DNA of 20,715 nt from Promethearchaeota archaeon. GTDB lineage: Archaea; Asgardarchaeota; Lokiarchaeia; Sigyniarchaeales; SOKP01. The stretch covers positions 1 through 20,715 of the forward strand of contig JBHLOI010000059.1 in NCBI GenBank assembly GCA_048940645.1. Reading direction: 5' to 3'. Position 1 is the first letter of the stretch; the number at the start of each line of letters is the position of its first letter. The translations under genes and the position numbers were made by a program. Below, piece by piece: positions 6,971-15,746 of this stretch. The notes beneath the pieces were generated by a model. It saw nothing but the letters and a program-made list of their open reading frames with translations. It did not search any database and had not been told where the DNA came from.

Positions 6971-8917
6971 ATGAGTTATAATAAAATTGTTAAAGGTAAA
7001 CCTGGGACTGAAAAATTCTTTTTGGGAAACGAAGCAATTGTACGTGGCGCTTTAGAGAGCGGTATAGATGTGTATACTTATTATCCAGGCACACCCAGTT
7101 CTGAAGTTGGAGAGATATTTATGGAATTGTTTAAAGAATTAGGAATGAAATGGGTGGAAAGTAGTATTAACGAAAAGGTTGCGATGGAAGTTGCGGGTGC
7201 TGCATATGCTAGAGGAGCAAGTGCTATGGTTGGTATGAAAAACGTAGGATTAAATGTTGCCTCTGATCCTTTATTTGCTCTTGCAACTACACACCCAAAA
7301 AACATTAATTCTGCATTAGTTATTTTGGTTGCTGATGATCCCCAACAACATTCAAGTGCCGTAGAGATGGACTCACGACATTATTTAAAACTATTTAAAG
7401 TACCAGCTCTAGAACCAAGCAATCCTCAAGAATGTTTAGAGTTTACTAAAAATGCATTTGAAATTTCGCGAGAATTAAAACTCCCAGTGATAATAAGAAC
7501 AGTAACGATGGTTTCTCACGCCAGAGGTAATGTGGTTATTGGAAAGGTAAAGCGATCAGAAATAAAAGATGATTTTGATTTATCGAAGGAGGTCAATGTA
7601 GCGTCAAGACTATATTTTCTAGAGTTAAAGGAAGAGCAGATATATAATAGAATGAATCGAGCATTAAAAATGTCAGAAAGCAGTATAATTAATAAAGTTG
7701 TAAATGAAAATGTAAAAAATGACAATAAATTGGGGATTATAACTAGTGGTGTTTCATACAGTTATGTTTGTGAGGCATTAAATTTCCTCGAATTGAAAGC
7801 ACCAATCTTAAAAATTGGCGTTATAAATCCGCTACCAGCCGAAAAGATAGCAAAATTTCTTGACCAATTTGAACAAGTATTTATTGTAGAAGAGAATGAC
7901 GCTTATATCGAGACCCAAATTTTAGCTATAGCACAGAAAAAAGGGCTTAAATTAAAAATTCATGGAAAGGATCCTTTTACTTATTCAAAAGAAGATTCAT
8001 TATTACCATTTGTTGGAGAATTAAATCCTACTAAGATTGCTCGTGCACTGATTAAGATCACTAATATTACTCCAAAAATCGATTTAAACTTAATAGAAGG
8101 GAAAGATTATAAATTATTAGGAAGAATTCCCATATTATGTCCAGGGTGTCCGCATAGAACAACAGGATTTGCAATAAAACAAGCAACCGCTAAAATTAAA
8201 TCAAAGACTGGAAAAGATATTTATTTTTATCAAGATATTGGTTGCTATACATTATTGGCATATCCCCCTCTATCTTTTGCTAATGTTAAATATTGTATGG
8301 GATCAAGCATAGCATTAGCCCAGGGTGTAGCTCAAACCAATGGATGTCTAAATATTGCTATTATTGGAGACGGGACTTTCTTTCATTCCGGAATACCAGC
8401 ACTTTTGAATGGAATTTATAATAAAGCTCCAATTTTAATATTGATTTTAGACAATGGATGGATTGGAATGACTGGACAACAACCTCATCCTGGAAGTGAT
8501 ACTCGATATTATAAAGAGGGAGTTTTTAGGCAAGCTATAAAATTGGATAATTTTTTAAAATGTACAGGTGCATTTGTTAGCGTAATTACACATCAAGAAA
8601 GCAATGAACAGGAGTATGAAACTAAACTAAAAAATATTATTTATGAAAAAGGGATTGATGTTTTAGAAAATAGAAATTTGCAGGTTATAGTGGTAAAGGA
8701 TGAATGTATTCAGAAAATCACTAAACGATATAAACCAGAAGTTAGATTTGTTAATGTGGAATTATGTACAAATTGTGGGATATGTTATAACGAATTTTTA
8801 TGCCCTGCGATAATTGAAAAAGAAGGTTTAGCCCATATCAAATCAGCCTTATGTTTAGGCTGTGGGATTTGTGAAGAACTTTGTCCAAATAACGCTATTA
8901 AAAAGGAGGCTTTATAA
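6971..8917 (+). CDS. iorA: Indolepyruvate:ferredoxin oxidoreductase alpha subunit
   Basis: GNEAIVRGA, YPGTPSSE, NEKVAME, MKNVGLNVA, CPGCPHR, DIGCY, the TPP motif GDGTFFHSG...LDN and two C-terminal 4Fe-4S motifs. Confidence 0.93.
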   Translation: MSYNKIVKGKPGTEKFFLGNEAIVRGALESGIDVYTYYPGTPSSEVGEIFMELFKELGMKWVESSINEKVAMEVAGAAYARGASAMVGMKNVGLNVASDPLFALATTHPKNINSALVILVADDPQQHSSAVEMDSRHYLKLFKVPALEPSNPQECLEFTKNAFEISRELKLPVIIRTVTMVSHARGNVVIGKVKRSEIKDDFDLSKEVNVASRLYFLELKEEQIYNRMNRALKMSESSIINKVVNENVKNDNKLGIITSGVSYSYVCEALNFLELKAPILKIGVINPLPAEKIAKFLDQFEQVFIVEENDAYIETQILAIAQKKGLKLKIHGKDPFTYSKEDSLLPFVGELNPTKIARALIKITNITPKIDLNLIEGKDYKLLGRIPILCPGCPHRTTGFAIKQATAKIKSKTGKDIYFYQDIGCYTLLAYPPLSFANVKYCMGSSIALAQGVAQTNGCLNIAIIGDGTFFHSGIPALLNGIYNKAPILILILDNGWIGMTGQQPHPGSDTRYYKEGVFRQAIKLDNFLKCTGAFVSVITHQESNEQEYETKLKNIIYEKGIDVLENRNLQVIVVKDECIQKITKRYKPEVRFVNVELCTNCGICYNEFLCPAIIEKEGLAHIKSALCLGCGICEELCPNNAIKKEAL

Positions 8918-9498
8918 TGGTTTTAGATAATTATACTATAGTCATGACTGGTATCGGTGGACAAGGTTTAATCAGTTTATTACAAATTTTGGGAGATACA
9001 TTAATGAAGAAGGGTTATAAAGTCACAACCGCTGAGACCCACGGTCTTAGCCAGAGAGGTGGTAAGGTTGTATGCTTCCTTCGCTTCGGAAGTATGTTAA
9101 CTGCTCCAATACCACTGATAGGTACAGCGGATATAATCATTACAACTGAGAAAAGCTGTATTTTTGATGTTTTAAAATATGCAAAACCAGATAAAAGTAC
9201 AAAATTGATCATCTCTACTTATGAAGAGATAATAATCAATAAGGAATATCCCTCAGAAGAATATCTATTAAATGTTCTCCAGGAAAATTCGGATAATATT
9301 TACTTAGTTCCAGCTAAAGATATAGCGGAAAAGCTTTCAAACAATCTAAAAACAGCAAATATAGCTATATTAGGATTTATATTAAGATTTTTACCATTAA
9401 ATGAAAAAGAACTTGAAAACTCTTTAATTCAAAAATTTTCAGAAAAGATCTTAGAAATAAATCTCAATGTATTTAGAGAAGGACTTAAATTGAAGTAA
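8917..9498 (+). CDS. iorB: Indolepyruvate:ferredoxin oxidoreductase beta subunit
   Basis: GIGGQG and ETHGLSQRGG motifs. TAATG stop/start overlap with iorA. Confidence 0.92.
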   Translation: MVLDNYTIVMTGIGGQGLISLLQILGDTLMKKGYKVTTAETHGLSQRGGKVVCFLRFGSMLTAPIPLIGTADIIITTEKSCIFDVLKYAKPDKSTKLIISTYEEIIINKEYPSEEYLLNVLQENSDNIYLVPAKDIAEKLSNNLKTANIAILGFILRFLPLNEKELENSLIQKFSEKILEINLNVFREGLKLK

Positions 9499-9613
9499 TA
9501 TAGTAGAACTAAGCAATTTAAAAAAGATTAAATAGGTTTATTTTTATTAAAATGTTGTTGAGTTAGAATATCGACAAAATTATCTAATATCTTGGGGTTT
9601 TAAAAAGAAAAAT

Positions 9614-10138
9614 ATGTATGATGCAATTTTTAAAGTAGTTATTTTTGGTGACGCAGGTAGTGGCAAAACTACTCTATTAAAGAGATACATGACTGGCTTA
9701 TTTATCCCAGACACTCAAATGACTATCGGGGTTGATTTTGAAACTAAAAATCTTGCGATTGATAGTGTGCAAGTTAAATTAATGGTATGGGATTTTGCTG
9801 GAGAAGAACGATTTCGGTTTATCTTTCCTAAATATATTCGTGGAGCTATGGGAGGGATTCTCTTGTATGACATCACCAGTTACGCCTCACTTTCTCATGC
9901 TTATGATTGGTTATCACTTATGAATGGAGCCCAAGAACAATTTCCAATTATTCTAAGCGGTGCTAAAGCAGATCTAGAGCTCTCTCGAGAAGTGACTCAT
10001 GAAGAGGGTTTAAAATTCGCTAAATCTTTGCATTTAGATGATTTTATCGAATGTTCCAGCAAAACTGGTGAAAATATAGGAAGATTATTTGAAACCTTAA
10101 CAAAAAAGATGTTAAATATAGCATTTACCGAACAATAA
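9614..10138 (+). CDS. Rab-like small GTPase (Ras superfamily)
   Basis: G1 GDAGSGKT, G2 TIGVDF, G3 WDFAGE, G4 GAKAD, G5 ECSSK. RabF-like segments KLMVW, RFRFI, YIRGA and LLYDIT. No C-terminal Cys. Confidence 0.93.
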   Translation: MYDAIFKVVIFGDAGSGKTTLLKRYMTGLFIPDTQMTIGVDFETKNLAIDSVQVKLMVWDFAGEERFRFIFPKYIRGAMGGILLYDITSYASLSHAYDWLSLMNGAQEQFPIILSGAKADLELSREVTHEEGLKFAKSLHLDDFIECSSKTGENIGRLFETLTKKMLNIAFTEQ

Positions 10139-10211
10139 ACAATTTCAGCACCTTAATGTCTTTCTCTTCAATTCAAAATTTTAAAAAAAGAATTTTAGTA
10201 ATTTTATATAC

Positions 10212-11189
10212 TTATTCCTTTTCCGATTTTTCTGTTTCTTCTTTAGTAATTTTAGTTTTAATCTCTTTGATTTCTTCTTTAATCTTTTTAATAGTGATTC
10301 CTTTAAGTTTAGCAAATCTATAAATGAATATGACACTAGAAATTAGAATTCCAGCAAGATAGAATACTTGAATAGTCCAGAATAACGGCTTAATTGATGT
10401 ATAGAATATTAAGTCGAAGGCATAGGATATTGAGGCAATTGTAGCAATCCAAATCATAGATATTATTAAAGCTATTCTTTCATAAAGTTTTGGTTCTCCT
10501 TTGTCAAGGACAAATATTTTTAACCAGAAAATAATACAAATAAATGCTGCTGGGGTAAAAATTAGTGAACCTATGGCAAGTGGTATAAGTAAATATACTG
10601 CAAATCGACTTCTCCAAATTTCTAGAACTTCCCCTAAGGTCATTTGATCTTGAATTTGAACCTTAGCATATTTTCCCCTCCATGTAAAATACTTCTTCTT
10701 AATCCCACGTCCAATTTTTTTGGCACCGCTTTTAATCCGCTTTATTATTCCTTTGTCGATAGCTTCTTGAAATTCTTCTCTAATTAAAGGAATTATATAT
10801 AATGAGGCCATTATAGAAATTATCCCATAAAGGAACAAAATTAGGTCAAACCAATATCGCAGCCCAGTCAAAGGAGTTGTAGGTGGTAGATTTGAGACAA
10901 TACTATAAATTGCATAACCTGTCAATATTGCTGGAACTATGATTTGTATAATTACGAGGGCTTGAACATGTTTTTTTTCAAATTTTTCGGTAAACCGATT
11001 TAGAATCCATAAAATCCCATTTGCAACAGATAATATCAAACCAAAACCAGAAAGAAGTTTCATAGTCCAAAAGAAAATTAAGAATGTAAAATCTAATGGT
11101 ACAAACTCAAAAATTAATTCCAGTATCATAAAAACTGTAGTTGCAACTAAGCCAATTATATAAAATATGTCAAATTTTTTAAGATTCAT
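10212..11189 (-). CDS. Polytopic membrane protein of unknown function
   Basis: About 7-8 hydrophobic segments, a highly basic central loop and a charged C-terminal tail. Confidence 0.8.
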   Translation of the reverse strand: MNLKKFDIFYIIGLVATTVFMILELIFEFVPLDFTFLIFFWTMKLLSGFGLILSVANGILWILNRFTEKFEKKHVQALVIIQIIVPAILTGYAIYSIVSNLPPTTPLTGLRYWFDLILFLYGIISIMASLYIIPLIREEFQEAIDKGIIKRIKSGAKKIGRGIKKKYFTWRGKYAKVQIQDQMTLGEVLEIWRSRFAVYLLIPLAIGSLIFTPAAFICIIFWLKIFVLDKGEPKLYERIALIISMIWIATIASISYAFDLIFYTSIKPLFWTIQVFYLAGILISSVIFIYRFAKLKGITIKKIKEEIKEIKTKITKEETEKSEKE

Positions 11190-11373
11190 AATTACAATAG
11201 ATTAAAGCAAATCTTAATAATGTTTGGGTTTTGAGAATTTTAAACGATACCAATTCCAAGCATCTTTCGCAACCATAACACATTATTATATTTATAATTT
11301 GTATTATCTATGTATTTAAGCGTAAAGTTAATATATTTCACAAATCTAACTACCAAAAAAGACTTTTATATTA

Positions 11374-12603
11374 ATGGATATGCAGTATAGAAAAATGGGT
11401 TCCTTAGGTTGGGAAGTATCTGCATTAGGTTTTGGGGCTATGCGCTTACCTGTAGATGAGAAGTACCAAATTATTGAGGATGAGGCTATTAAGATGATTC
11501 GCTATGCGATTGATCATGGTGTGAATTATGTTGATACTGCCTATCCTTATCATGGCGGTCGAAGTGAAATACTTCTGGGAAAAGCATTAAAAGATGGTTA
11601 TCGCGAGAAAATTTATCTAGCAACAAAAGTACCAATATGGCTAGTTAGGAAAACAGAACATATTAATAAGTATTTCAATAAACAAGTAAAAAGATTACAA
11701 ACATATCCCGATTTATATTTATTTCATGGTTTAGCAAAGGATCGATTTGAAAAAATTAAAAATTTAGGTTTAATTAAAAAAATGGAAGAATTAAGAGAAC
11801 AAGGATACATTAAATATATAGGATTCTCATTTCATGACAATTTTGAGATATTTAAAGAGATTATTGATTATTATGCTTGGGATTGCTGCCAAATCCAATT
11901 TAATTATCTTGACATTAGCTATCAGGCTGGACTTAAAGGCTTAAAATATGCTGCTAGTAAAAATATTGCAGTAATAATTATGGAACCAATTCGGGGCGGA
12001 AAGCTAGCAGTTCCAGAAGATAAACTAGAAAAAAAACCAGAAGTTAAAGCTATTTTGGAAAGATCTAAGATTAAGAGGAGTATGGCAGATTGGGCATTAC
12101 AATTTGTATGGAATCATCCTGAAGTTTCAGTAGTATTAAGTGGTATGAGTGCTATGCAGCAAGTTATTGAAAATATTGAATCTGCTGTAAATTCGGGAAT
12201 GAATACTCTAACTGAAAACGACTTAAAAACAATTTCAGAATTGAGAGCTGCATATGAGAAAAGCAATATAGTTCCGTGTACTAGCTGTAAGTATTGCATG
12301 CCATGTCCAAATGGTGTAGATATTCCACGCATACTTTTTTTCATAAATGAGATTGCATATTGGGGTAAAGAACGCAAAGATAGAATTACATCCTTTTATA
12401 ATAGAATGGTAAAATCTCAAGATGAATTACAAAAGTTGAAGGCAAAAGGAGAAGAAGTGGAAGGGTCAGCAATGTTATGTATTCAATGCGGAGAATGCTT
12501 GGATAAATGTCCTCAACAAATAAATATTACTGACTTCATGGAAAAGGCTAACGCTATATTTGAAGAAAATAAAAAAGTATCAGAAGTTTTGGAATTACCA
12601 TAA
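11374..12603 (+). CDS. Aldo/keto reductase with C-terminal 4Fe-4S domain
   Basis: SALGFGAMRLP, NYVDTAYPYHGG, LATK, GFSFH and MEPIRGG, with CTSCKYCMPCP and CIQCGECLDKCP. The start may be the ATG at 11380. Confidence 0.92.
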   Translation: MDMQYRKMGSLGWEVSALGFGAMRLPVDEKYQIIEDEAIKMIRYAIDHGVNYVDTAYPYHGGRSEILLGKALKDGYREKIYLATKVPIWLVRKTEHINKYFNKQVKRLQTYPDLYLFHGLAKDRFEKIKNLGLIKKMEELREQGYIKYIGFSFHDNFEIFKEIIDYYAWDCCQIQFNYLDISYQAGLKGLKYAASKNIAVIIMEPIRGGKLAVPEDKLEKKPEVKAILERSKIKRSMADWALQFVWNHPEVSVVLSGMSAMQQVIENIESAVNSGMNTLTENDLKTISELRAAYEKSNIVPCTSCKYCMPCPNGVDIPRILFFINEIAYWGKERKDRITSFYNRMVKSQDELQKLKAKGEEVEGSAMLCIQCGECLDKCPQQINITDFMEKANAIFEENKKVSEVLELP

Positions 12604-12684
12604 TTTTAAAATCATCATTAACTAAATACATCCATTAGCAAATAGTATTGCTATAAATTAACTAAATTTGAAAAATTGTTGATA

Positions 12685-13602
12685 ATGAAGAAAATCCTAA
12701 AGGATATTTATTTTATTGAACCTAGTAATGATGCTACATTCGATAGTACCAAATATATAATTGATACAAAAAGTAGTGATGGATTGATATTAATTGATCC
12801 TGGTCTTTATATTAAATTCATTGAAGAAATTGAAAAATATGGTTTTTCTCCAAATGATATTAACCATTGTCTTATCACTCACGGTCATTTAGATCATTAT
12901 GGTGCTTGTTATGAACTTACAAAGTTTAATGAGAATATCAAATTCTATGCACATCAACTAGATGCTGAAAAAATTGAGCAAAAACTAGAACTAGAATTAA
13001 TTGAAGAAATGTATCCGGGATATGATTATACTCCAATTAAAATATCAAAAAAAATTAAAGGTGATAATGAAATCTTAACTTTTGGGAGCTATAGGCTAAA
13101 CTGTATTCACACACCGGGTCATTCGCTAGGGGCTGTTGCATATTTCTTAGAAAGAGGTAAGATAAAAATTTTATTCGGTGGAGATATTGGAGGATGGTCA
13201 CTAAAGATTTTCGAAGGTAATATAAATGATTATCTTAACTCAATGCAAAAATTACTAGATCTAAATGCTGATATATTATGCGATGGCCATGAAGGAGCTA
13301 TAAAACCGGCGAAAAAAGTATCAGAGTATATTCAGGATTTAATGAAGTTCAATCAATTATCCCATATGGCGATAGAAAAAGATCAATCTAACACTAAAGC
13401 CTGGTATGAATTAACTCTACACACCTATGAAATGGGTGAGTATGATTATGCTTTTGATTTCTGTAATCATTTAGTAGAGATAGATCCTGATAATAGTAAT
13501 GTTCATCGCTTATTTAAAAAAATTAAGAAGCAAAATCCCGTTAAGATTGATTTTATAAAACAAATCCTTGAAAGAGTCGCTAATAGTAACAAGAAAAAAT
13601 AA
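12685..13602 (+). CDS. Metallo-beta-lactamase fold hydrolase with C-terminal TPR-like repeat
   Basis: THGHLDH, HTPGHS, GGD and DGH metal motifs. The tail AWYEL...YEMGEYDYAFDFCNHLVEIDPDN is TPR-like. ATG 12685 is preferred over TTG 12676. Confidence 0.88.
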   Translation: MKKILKDIYFIEPSNDATFDSTKYIIDTKSSDGLILIDPGLYIKFIEEIEKYGFSPNDINHCLITHGHLDHYGACYELTKFNENIKFYAHQLDAEKIEQKLELELIEEMYPGYDYTPIKISKKIKGDNEILTFGSYRLNCIHTPGHSLGAVAYFLERGKIKILFGGDIGGWSLKIFEGNINDYLNSMQKLLDLNADILCDGHEGAIKPAKKVSEYIQDLMKFNQLSHMAIEKDQSNTKAWYELTLHTYEMGEYDYAFDFCNHLVEIDPDNSNVHRLFKKIKKQNPVKIDFIKQILERVANSNKKK

Positions 13603-13626
13603 TTTTTAGGAAAAAGAGATTATTTC

Positions 13627-14988
13627 TTATACATACTTTTGAAGCCCTGCAATTCTTTTTTCCATTTTTTTGATTTTATTTTCGTTTCCGTAAAATTCTA
13701 TAATACTTAATGCTTGTTTGAAATTGCTAATAGCATTTATATAGTCTCTCTTTTTCTCTGCTTTCTCTCCCGCATCAAGGGCATAATTAAGTTCGATATT
13801 TTTTATTTTTTTATCAAGTTCTAAAACCATAAATGAGATTCTACCGATATCAAGTTTAAAATCAAACCCTGTTGCTAAATAAAGAGCCTTTTCATAATCC
13901 TTCTGTGCTTCTTTATATGCTAAAGCTCTTTCTGCAGTCTCAGCTTTCTTAATAAAATTCTCCATTAACTTTCTAGCTTCCTCTTCGCTCATAGTATTAG
14001 CTTTTTCTTTTAGTTCATTTATTGCATTATCATTTGCAATTATTGGAGAAATTAGTTCATTATTTGCGATTCTAGTAGCGCGTAAATCGTGAAACTTTTT
14101 AATTTTATTTGCGGCAGTTTCAATATTTGTCGGAATAATTACTTTGCTCATTAAAAGCTGATAAATTTCATAAAGAATAATACTTGCGTCGATGTTAACA
14201 ATTTTTTGAACTTTATTTAGGAGATTATTGATAAAAAAGACCTGTCTAGAAGCTAAAATTTCTTTTGAAAAGTCCACTATAGCCTTTTGAATATAATTTT
14301 TATTGATAGATTCCAAATTATTGGGCAAAATTGTATGAGTAAGAACCATCGGGAACAATAATTTTATATTAAAAGTGTCTATGATAAAATCAATTGTATC
14401 ATCAAATTCAAGAACCCCCATTTTTATGATTTTTTCAAGTTTATCTCGATATCTTGTTTCATAATCTGTTAAAAAGTCGTTTACAAGATTTTTTAGACTA
14501 TTAGAAGCTTCTTGATCTAAAACTAAGCATATTCGAATGAATTTACCGTTTTTTAACAAAATATTAAATCTTTCATATTGGAGTTCATAGAATTTATGAT
14601 TCGGTATATGTCCAGTAGTATCATTTGAAATTTTACCCGATTCTGAAAAAGTGATGTTTGCTTGAATGAAACCCGTTAAAAACCCAATATCTACTCCTGC
14701 TCTTGAAAGTGGATAATCCACTATAGGTAATCCAGTATGTTTTATCATCAATAAAATATGTTTAATGTTTAAGACGTCTAAAAATTTTTGCCAGATTAAA
14801 TTTTGAAACATTTGAATTCGTTTTTCTTCAGAATCAATTAAATTAATTTTTATGTTTTGACTAACATCAAACCCAAATTTAACAAATTGAGCTTTAACGC
14901 ATTCTTTGCAACCATCTGGGTAATTATTACACTTACTTTTATCTATTCCGCAGTTAAATCCTACTCGACTAACTTGAAAATATACCAT
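13627..14988 (-). CDS. Multidomain protein: Cys4 N-terminus, longin/roadblock-like domain, helical (wHTH-like) middle, C-terminal TPR-like repeats
   Basis: HILLMIKHTGLPI...FLTGFIQANITFS...FYELQYERFNILLKNGKFIRICLVLD...LVNDFLTDYETRY follows a longin-like strand/helix pattern. AQKDYEKAL and AISNFKQAL are TPR-like helices. Confidence 0.7.
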   Translation of the reverse strand: MVYFQVSRVGFNCGIDKSKCNNYPDGCKECVKAQFVKFGFDVSQNIKINLIDSEEKRIQMFQNLIWQKFLDVLNIKHILLMIKHTGLPIVDYPLSRAGVDIGFLTGFIQANITFSESGKISNDTTGHIPNHKFYELQYERFNILLKNGKFIRICLVLDQEASNSLKNLVNDFLTDYETRYRDKLEKIIKMGVLEFDDTIDFIIDTFNIKLLFPMVLTHTILPNNLESINKNYIQKAIVDFSKEILASRQVFFINNLLNKVQKIVNIDASIILYEIYQLLMSKVIIPTNIETAANKIKKFHDLRATRIANNELISPIIANDNAINELKEKANTMSEEEARKLMENFIKKAETAERALAYKEAQKDYEKALYLATGFDFKLDIGRISFMVLELDKKIKNIELNYALDAGEKAEKKRDYINAISNFKQALSIIEFYGNENKIKKMEKRIAGLQKYV

Positions 14989-15003
14989 AAAAATTCCAAA
15001 TTA

Positions 15004-15019
15004 AATCATAATTATGATT
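15004..15019. promoter_or_regulatory. Perfect 16-bp palindrome AATCATAATTATGATT, operator candidate
   Basis: Self-complementary, 15 nt upstream of the start codon at 14988, inside a divergent intergenic region. Confidence 0.4.
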
Positions 15020-15267
15020 AATAACCCCAACAAATATTAGATCAATTTGAAATTTTTAAAATTATCATAATCTTCTAGTATCTGTGATGTTGGAACGAAA
15101 GTAAATAAAAAAAATAGTAATCCTTTAATTTATTGTTGAAAAACTTACTGAAATATAAAGAATTAAAATAAAGATACATTATAAGGTATTTAATAAAATT
15201 AATTTGTTCAAATTTATTTTGAACTTTATAAAGAAGAGAGAGAAACTATAAAATCAGGGTAATTGAG

Positions 15268-15663
15268 ATGTCAGAGGAAGAACTTAGGGATCAAATTAAT
15301 AAAATAGCAAGTAAAATTATGGAAGTAGAAGAGGGGGCAAAAAAGAAAGAGGCTTACATTAAAAATAAAATTAATGAAGGATTTGATCCTAAAATTAGTG
15401 AGAATGAATCAAAACTGCAAATTGGACAAAATAAATTAGATGAATTGAATGAAAATATTAAAAGATTGAATTTGGAAAAGGAAAAATTAGTTTCTTTCAT
15501 GAATGATTTAAAAAAACAATGCAACTCATTAAAGAAGGAGAAAGCAGGAATTTTAAAAAAAGAAATCAAGGCAATTGCTAAAGAGAAGAATAATAAGATG
15601 AAGCAAATCAACAGAGAGATTAAATCATTAGAAAAGCAATTGAAATTGAAAGAAAGTAAATAA
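15268..15663 (+). CDS. Coiled-coil hypothetical protein
   Basis: K/E/N-rich heptad pattern along the whole length, with a single Pro. Confidence 0.8.
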   Translation: MSEEELRDQINKIASKIMEVEEGAKKKEAYIKNKINEGFDPKISENESKLQIGQNKLDELNENIKRLNLEKEKLVSFMNDLKKQCNSLKKEKAGILKKEIKAIAKEKNNKMKQINREIKSLEKQLKLKESK

Positions 15664-15746
15664 AAAACTCTTTTTAGTGTAGGTTTCAAAAATTATTAAT
15701 TTTCAAGGACAAAGAATATTATAGAGTGTGCTATGAAATTACAATA

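Noticed and set aside
7081-12420. Short track ORFs 7081-7305, 7516-7725, 9015-9212, 12114-12377 and 12235-12420
   Set aside because: They are antisense shadows of iorA, iorB and the aldo/keto reductase.
15268-15663. Calling the coiled-coil protein ESCRT-III, PspA or a SNARE
   Set aside because: Only generic heptads are visible, with no diagnostic motif, acidic tail or TM anchor.
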